Source of the DNA: a candidate division FCPU426 bacterium
GTDB taxonomy: Bacteria > Oederibacteriota > Muellerivitia > Muellerivitales > Muellerivitaceae
Assembly: GCA_963738405.1 (NCBI GenBank)
Contig: CAVTWJ010000019.1
Span: 1-64,000, forward strand
Length of the DNA stretch: 64,000 nt
Direction: 5' to 3'
In this document: positions 59,778-64,000 of the stretch, piece by piece
How the letters are laid out: each line of letters opens with the position of its first letter
How positions within the stretch are numbered: position 1 is the stretch's first letter
Made by a program: the position numbers and the translations under genes
Notes under the pieces: model-generated
The model's database searches: none
What the model saw: only the letters and a program-made list of their open reading frames with translations
Told to the model about the DNA's origin: nothing

Positions 59778-59873
59778 GAGAGCCTCATGAAAAAATGAAA
59801 ATATTCCCCTAGGAATAAGGGGTTTTATTCTAGCATGTCCCCTCGATGGGGTTTCAATACCGGGAGGGAACGA

Positions 59874-62800
59874 ATGACAAGCGACTTTGGGAAATGTTTT
59901 CATAAATTTTGGATGATCCTCCTGCTTCTCGGTCCCGGCCTTCTCAAAGCAGATGAGGGTCTCTGGCAGGTGGATCATTTTGAAAACGGAACCCCCTCCA
60001 CCGGCACCGCCTGGTGGACCGGCTGCGACAGCAACCACCTGGGAACCACTCTCTCCCCGATCCCCTTTATTCCCGAAAAGGACGGCTCCCCCCTTTCTCC
60101 CGGCCACTGCGCCCACATCTGGGGACATTACGGAAAAAACCAGGCGCCCTGGCCCTACGCCCAGCTTTCCTTAAGCCTGGACGCTTCCAACGGCCCTTTT
60201 GCCCTGACCTCTTTTAAGGCCATCCGTTTTTACGCCAAGGGAGACGGCAAGGTTTATAAGGTCGTGATTCAAAAGTCCTCGGTAACCGATTACGGCGATT
60301 ACGAGTTTACCTTCACCGCCTCTAAGGATTGGACCCTGGTGGAGGTACCCTTAAAAAGTTTTACCCAGCCCTCCTGGGCCAAACAAGTTCCGCCTGGTTT
60401 CGCGGACGCGACGGTGCTTAAATTTTGTCCTACGGTCAACGAGGCTGATTTTGACCTTTCGGTGGATGATGTGGCTTTCGAAAAGGACCCTGCGCTTCAA
60501 ATCCAAGCCCCGCCCGCGCTGGGCTCGGGCATTACCGAACTCTCGCCCCAAGATATGGAATCTAAAAAGAATTCCTTTCACACCCTCAATCTCGCCAGCT
60601 TCAGCGACCGCAACCTGCTGGACCAGCCCCAAGGCACGGGATGGACGGGCCAGGGACAAAACAGCGTTTACGATTTGCCCTTTGGCTTGAATAGTTTCAA
60701 CGGCGTTCCCTTTGATATTGCCACCGCACCCCATAAGCAATGTCTGGTCTTGCGGGGGCAAAATAACCAGGCCTTTCCCGCCACCGCCGATATCACGGTG
60801 GGTGACAAGGCCTCGGCCCTTTATTTTCTTCAGGGAGCGGCCTGGGCCGCTCCCATCGTCGGAACCTACACGGTGATTTATAGCGACGGCACCCAGGAAG
60901 AAATTCCCCTGCGCAACAACATCGAGGTATTTGACTGGTGGACGCCCGGAACCAGCTCCGTAGCCCGTATCGGTTGGACCGGGGCCAACCCGGAGAAAGA
61001 CCCGGTGGGCCTGACGCTCTTTTGCTGGCCCAACCCGCATCCTGAAAAAATGATCGCCAAGATCACCGCGTCCACCCCGGGCGATTCGGCTTTTTTGATG
61101 CTGGCGGGCCTGACCCTGGGCAAGGAAGGCGCCTTTCTACCCAAGGTGGAACCCAAGATATACGACACGAAAGATTGGTTCGCCGCCCTTCCCATCGACG
61201 TCAAGGCCCGCAAAGGCACAGCCCTGGACATGAGCGGCCTATTAGACGCTCCCGCCGGAAAGCACGGTAAGCTGGGAACCAAGGGGGAATCTTTCGTATT
61301 CACCGATGGAACCCCCGCGCGCTTCTGGGGTATCAACCTGGTGGCATCTTGCAACTTCCCCACCCACGAGCAGGCCGATTGGCTGGCCGAGACCCTTTCC
61401 CAAATGGGCGTCAACATGACCCGGCACCATCACATGGACGCTCCCTGGGCCAGCCGCAACATCTTCGGCAACAAGGCCGATACCCTCACCCTGGACCCCG
61501 AATCATTGGACCGTTTCGACTACCTGGTAGCCCAGCTGCAGAAAAAGGGGATTTACCAATATTTCGACCTGATCGTGCACCGCAAGGCTCTGGCCGCCGA
61601 CGGGGTGAAGGACCCGGACAGTGTTCCCAACGGTTACAAGATCGAGGGAGAATTTGATCCCCAATTGATCAAGCTGGAGCAGGGTTATATCCAGCAACTC
61701 CTCACGCACAAGAATCCCTATACGGGAAAAATCTATGCCGAGGACCCTGCGGTTTGCCTGATGGAGGTGATGAACGAGGACAGTCTTTTCTACCGGGACG
61801 GCGACTCGGGCGAGTTCGGCATCCCCTCTCCCTATTATCGGCAGGAGTTCAACAATCTTTTCAACCAATGGCTCGTGGCGAATTTCAAAAACCGGAAAAC
61901 CTTGGAAAAACGCTGGACCCCCGAATCCGACGAGACGAATAAAAAAGGTTTGGCCCCCCCAGAGGATCCCAAGAAGGGCTCGGTAGCGGTTATTTCCAGC
62001 TGGCGCAATGACGACCGCAAGGCCTTCTCCCGCGCCCGTCAGAAGGACACCTTCCGTTTCTATTACGAAACCCAGCTGAAGTTTTACCAGGGCCAGAGGG
62101 ATTTCGTTAAAAGTCTTGGAGGGATGGCCTTGATCACTGGGAGTAACCATTGGACGGACCTGCCGGCCGACCTCTTCGCCAATTCCCAGATGGATTATAT
62201 CGACCGGCATAACTACTGGGCCAACCCCGACGGCGGCTGGGGCTACAACCCCTCGGTCACCTTTGACCCCCGGTCCATGCTGAAAGACTCAAAAGGAAAT
62301 CTTTTGAACTCTCTGGGCCAGAAAAGGGTCTTAGGGATGCCCTATATCGTGACCGAGTGGCAGTCGAGCGCGCCAAACGATTATCGGGAAGAGGCCGAAT
62401 TGGCCATGGCCGCCGCCTGCGACCTCCAGGGATGGAACGCCCTCCAGTTCGCCTTCAGTCATAGCGACAGCTTTGACGGGCCCTTGGATAACAACTTCAA
62501 CGTGGACAATCAGCCCGCCCAAATGGCCCTTTGGCCCGCTACGGCCCTTCTTTACTATCGGCAGGACATTAAAGAATCGGACACCGAGGCCTGGCAGCCC
62601 CTCACCGATGAGGAAGCCTTGGACCCTGAAAGCCAATATACACTTCCGCCGATTTTGTCTTGGACACGCAAGACCGGTGTCAAATTCACCGGGACAACCC
62701 ATGCCCCCGTCGACCTGGGGGCATTGATGAACGGGGTGCTTCAATCCAAGAAGGTTTCCAGCACGACCAAAGAAATCACCTACGATTACGGCCAGGGTCT

Positions 62801-63239
62801 GCTGACGCTGGATACCTCCAAGACTCAGGGATTCTCCGGCTTTACTTCGGGCGCCCCCTTGACCTTGAGCGGTATGAGCGTTGATTTAAAAAACAGCTAC
62901 GGCTTGGTTCTTGTCCAAGCCCTGGACGCCAACCCCATTCCTTATTCCAACAGGCTTTTGGTGACGGCCGTGGGCAACGCCATCAATACAGGCATGGAAA
63001 CCGTCCCAGCGGGCAACCGCCTCAAGGATCCAGGCAAGGCGCCCGTTTTAGTGGAACCCATGGTGGGATCCCTCCATATCCTCAACCTCAAAGGCGATTT
63101 ATCGAAGCTGTCGGTTTACTCCCTCAATCCATCGGGAGAAAGGGTCAAAAAGATATCTTTCGACCGGAACAATGGGGATGTTTCTTTTGAGATGAAAAGC
63201 GAATACCAGGCGTTGAACTATGAGATCGTCGTGAGGTAG
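59874..63239 (+). CDS. Secreted clan GH-A glycoside hydrolase with a CBM11/CIA30-like N-terminal module
   Basis: Signal peptide; IRFYAKGDG...WTLVEVPL.SF.QP.W module; PAGKHG, RFWGIN, HKNPYTG, acid/base NE (VMNED) and nucleophile (VTEW). Confidence 0.8.
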   Translation: MTSDFGKCFHKFWMILLLLGPGLLKADEGLWQVDHFENGTPSTGTAWWTGCDSNHLGTTLSPIPFIPEKDGSPLSPGHCAHIWGHYGKNQAPWPYAQLSLSLDASNGPFALTSFKAIRFYAKGDGKVYKVVIQKSSVTDYGDYEFTFTASKDWTLVEVPLKSFTQPSWAKQVPPGFADATVLKFCPTVNEADFDLSVDDVAFEKDPALQIQAPPALGSGITELSPQDMESKKNSFHTLNLASFSDRNLLDQPQGTGWTGQGQNSVYDLPFGLNSFNGVPFDIATAPHKQCLVLRGQNNQAFPATADITVGDKASALYFLQGAAWAAPIVGTYTVIYSDGTQEEIPLRNNIEVFDWWTPGTSSVARIGWTGANPEKDPVGLTLFCWPNPHPEKMIAKITASTPGDSAFLMLAGLTLGKEGAFLPKVEPKIYDTKDWFAALPIDVKARKGTALDMSGLLDAPAGKHGKLGTKGESFVFTDGTPARFWGINLVASCNFPTHEQADWLAETLSQMGVNMTRHHHMDAPWASRNIFGNKADTLTLDPESLDRFDYLVAQLQKKGIYQYFDLIVHRKALAADGVKDPDSVPNGYKIEGEFDPQLIKLEQGYIQQLLTHKNPYTGKIYAEDPAVCLMEVMNEDSLFYRDGDSGEFGIPSPYYRQEFNNLFNQWLVANFKNRKTLEKRWTPESDETNKKGLAPPEDPKKGSVAVISSWRNDDRKAFSRARQKDTFRFYYETQLKFYQGQRDFVKSLGGMALITGSNHWTDLPADLFANSQMDYIDRHNYWANPDGGWGYNPSVTFDPRSMLKDSKGNLLNSLGQKRVLGMPYIVTEWQSSAPNDYREEAELAMAAACDLQGWNALQFAFSHSDSFDGPLDNNFNVDNQPAQMALWPATALLYYRQDIKESDTEAWQPLTDEEALDPESQYTLPPILSWTRKTGVKFTGTTHAPVDLGALMNGVLQSKKVSSTTKEITYDYGQGLLTLDTSKTQGFSGFTSGAPLTLSGMSVDLKNSYGLVLVQALDANPIPYSNRLLVTAVGNAINTGMETVPAGNRLKDPGKAPVLVEPMVGSLHILNLKGDLSKLSVYSLNPSGERVKKISFDRNNGDVSFEMKSEYQALNYEIVVR

Positions 63240-63252
63240 GTCTTCTAAGCGA

Positions 63253-64000
63253 TCAAGGCACTCCCTCCGGCGGCTTGCCGGAGGTTTTTATTTCATCCAG
63301 CGCCGCCAGGCCCGCCAAGGCTGAAGTGCGCGATCCTGGGCGCTGGGCTTTCAAGTAGCAATCTCGGGCCTCCTCAAGCCTTCGGCTTCTTAAATAGAGG
63401 GCTCCTAAGTCGTTGAAAAGATGCGCCGCCGGAAATCCCCTGGCCAAGGCCCATTGAAGCGCCTCGATTTGTTTTTCCATGTTCTTATCCCGGTATTCCT
63501 GCTCGGCCACCTTCTCAAAAAAACACGCCTCCAAAAAGGAATTCTCCTGGAAATATTTTCGGTAGCGGGCGAATAAACCCTGAAGGATAGGGCCCCGGGG
63601 CTTCCAATCATGGTTGTCGAAGGTCATATCCACCAGCTGATGCGACTCCTCATCGGCCGAAATAATACGGTTTAGAATTTCCGCTTGCGGGCAAGGCAGG
63701 GGGATCAGCCCCAGCATCAGTCCCCCGTCCGGGCGGTCCACTCCGCCCGCCAAGGGGATCCATTGGACATTGGGAAACATCTTCCCCAGGAATTCCTGAT
63801 AATTCACGTTAATGAGCAGGGCCGCCCATTGGGCCCTTGCGGGAGAAAGGGAAGGGTTTTCGCAAAGGTTAAAGGGAAAGGTAAGGTCGGAAAGGCTTTG
63901 GTCGAACAGGTCCGGGACAAGCTCGGAAATCACGTAACCCGGGCCGCGGGATTCCGCCAGGGGTTCTAGGATTTGAAAGGCTCTCATGCGCTCCACCGAT
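63253..64000 (-). CDS. C-terminal fragment of a protein ending in a TPR-like repeat (5' end probably outside the window)
   Basis: Open frame to the window edge; AHLFNDLGALYLRSRRLEEARDCYLKA. Confidence 0.55.
   Translation of the reverse strand, partial: SVERMRAFQILEPLAESRGPGYVISELVPDLFDQSLSDLTFPFNLCENPSLSPARAQWAALLINVNYQEFLGKMFPNVQWIPLAGGVDRPDGGLMLGLIPLPCPQAEILNRIISADEESHQLVDMTFDNHDWKPRGPILQGLFARYRKYFQENSFLEACFFEKVAEQEYRDKNMEKQIEALQWALARGFPAAHLFNDLGALYLRSRRLEEARDCYLKAQRPGSRTSALAGLAALDEIKTSGKPPEGVP

Noticed and set aside
59778..60128. N-terminal extension of the TPR ORF in the ORF track
   Set aside because: Overlaps the divergent glycoside hydrolase gene; an internal GTG with an RBS is more plausible.

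Overview
A 64-kb chromosomal window from a diderm bacterium of moderately high GC. No rRNA, tRNA or CRISPR array is visible. Housekeeping blocks are nuoABCD, gndA, a NitT/TauT-type ABC transporter, dedA, xth and fabI. Four regions stand out. (1) A 3,247-aa secreted protein with an RlpA/DPBB-like head, four Kelch-like propellers, an NHL propeller, a CBM3-like domain and a FlgD-Ig/T9SS-like C-terminal domain. Its 5' end lies in an AT-rich patch containing a REP-associated tyrosine transposase with flanking inverted repeats, a duplicated 118-bp upstream element and tandem paralogues. (2) A ParB-domain protein fused to transmembrane helices and a possibly VirB8/DotI-like C-terminal domain. (3) A ~16-kb minus-strand operon behind a candidate sigma-54 promoter that links minor type IV pilin-like genes (one apparently split, one 1,219 aa) to a frameshifted ~2,160-aa FN3/CTD protein and a PorV-family barrel fused to FN3 domains. 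(4) A divergent radC/lexA SOS locus with a non-canonical palindromic operator candidate and what looks like a catalytically dead RAYT/IS200-fold gene cotranscribed with lexA. All family calls come from motif recognition by eye; no database searches were run.
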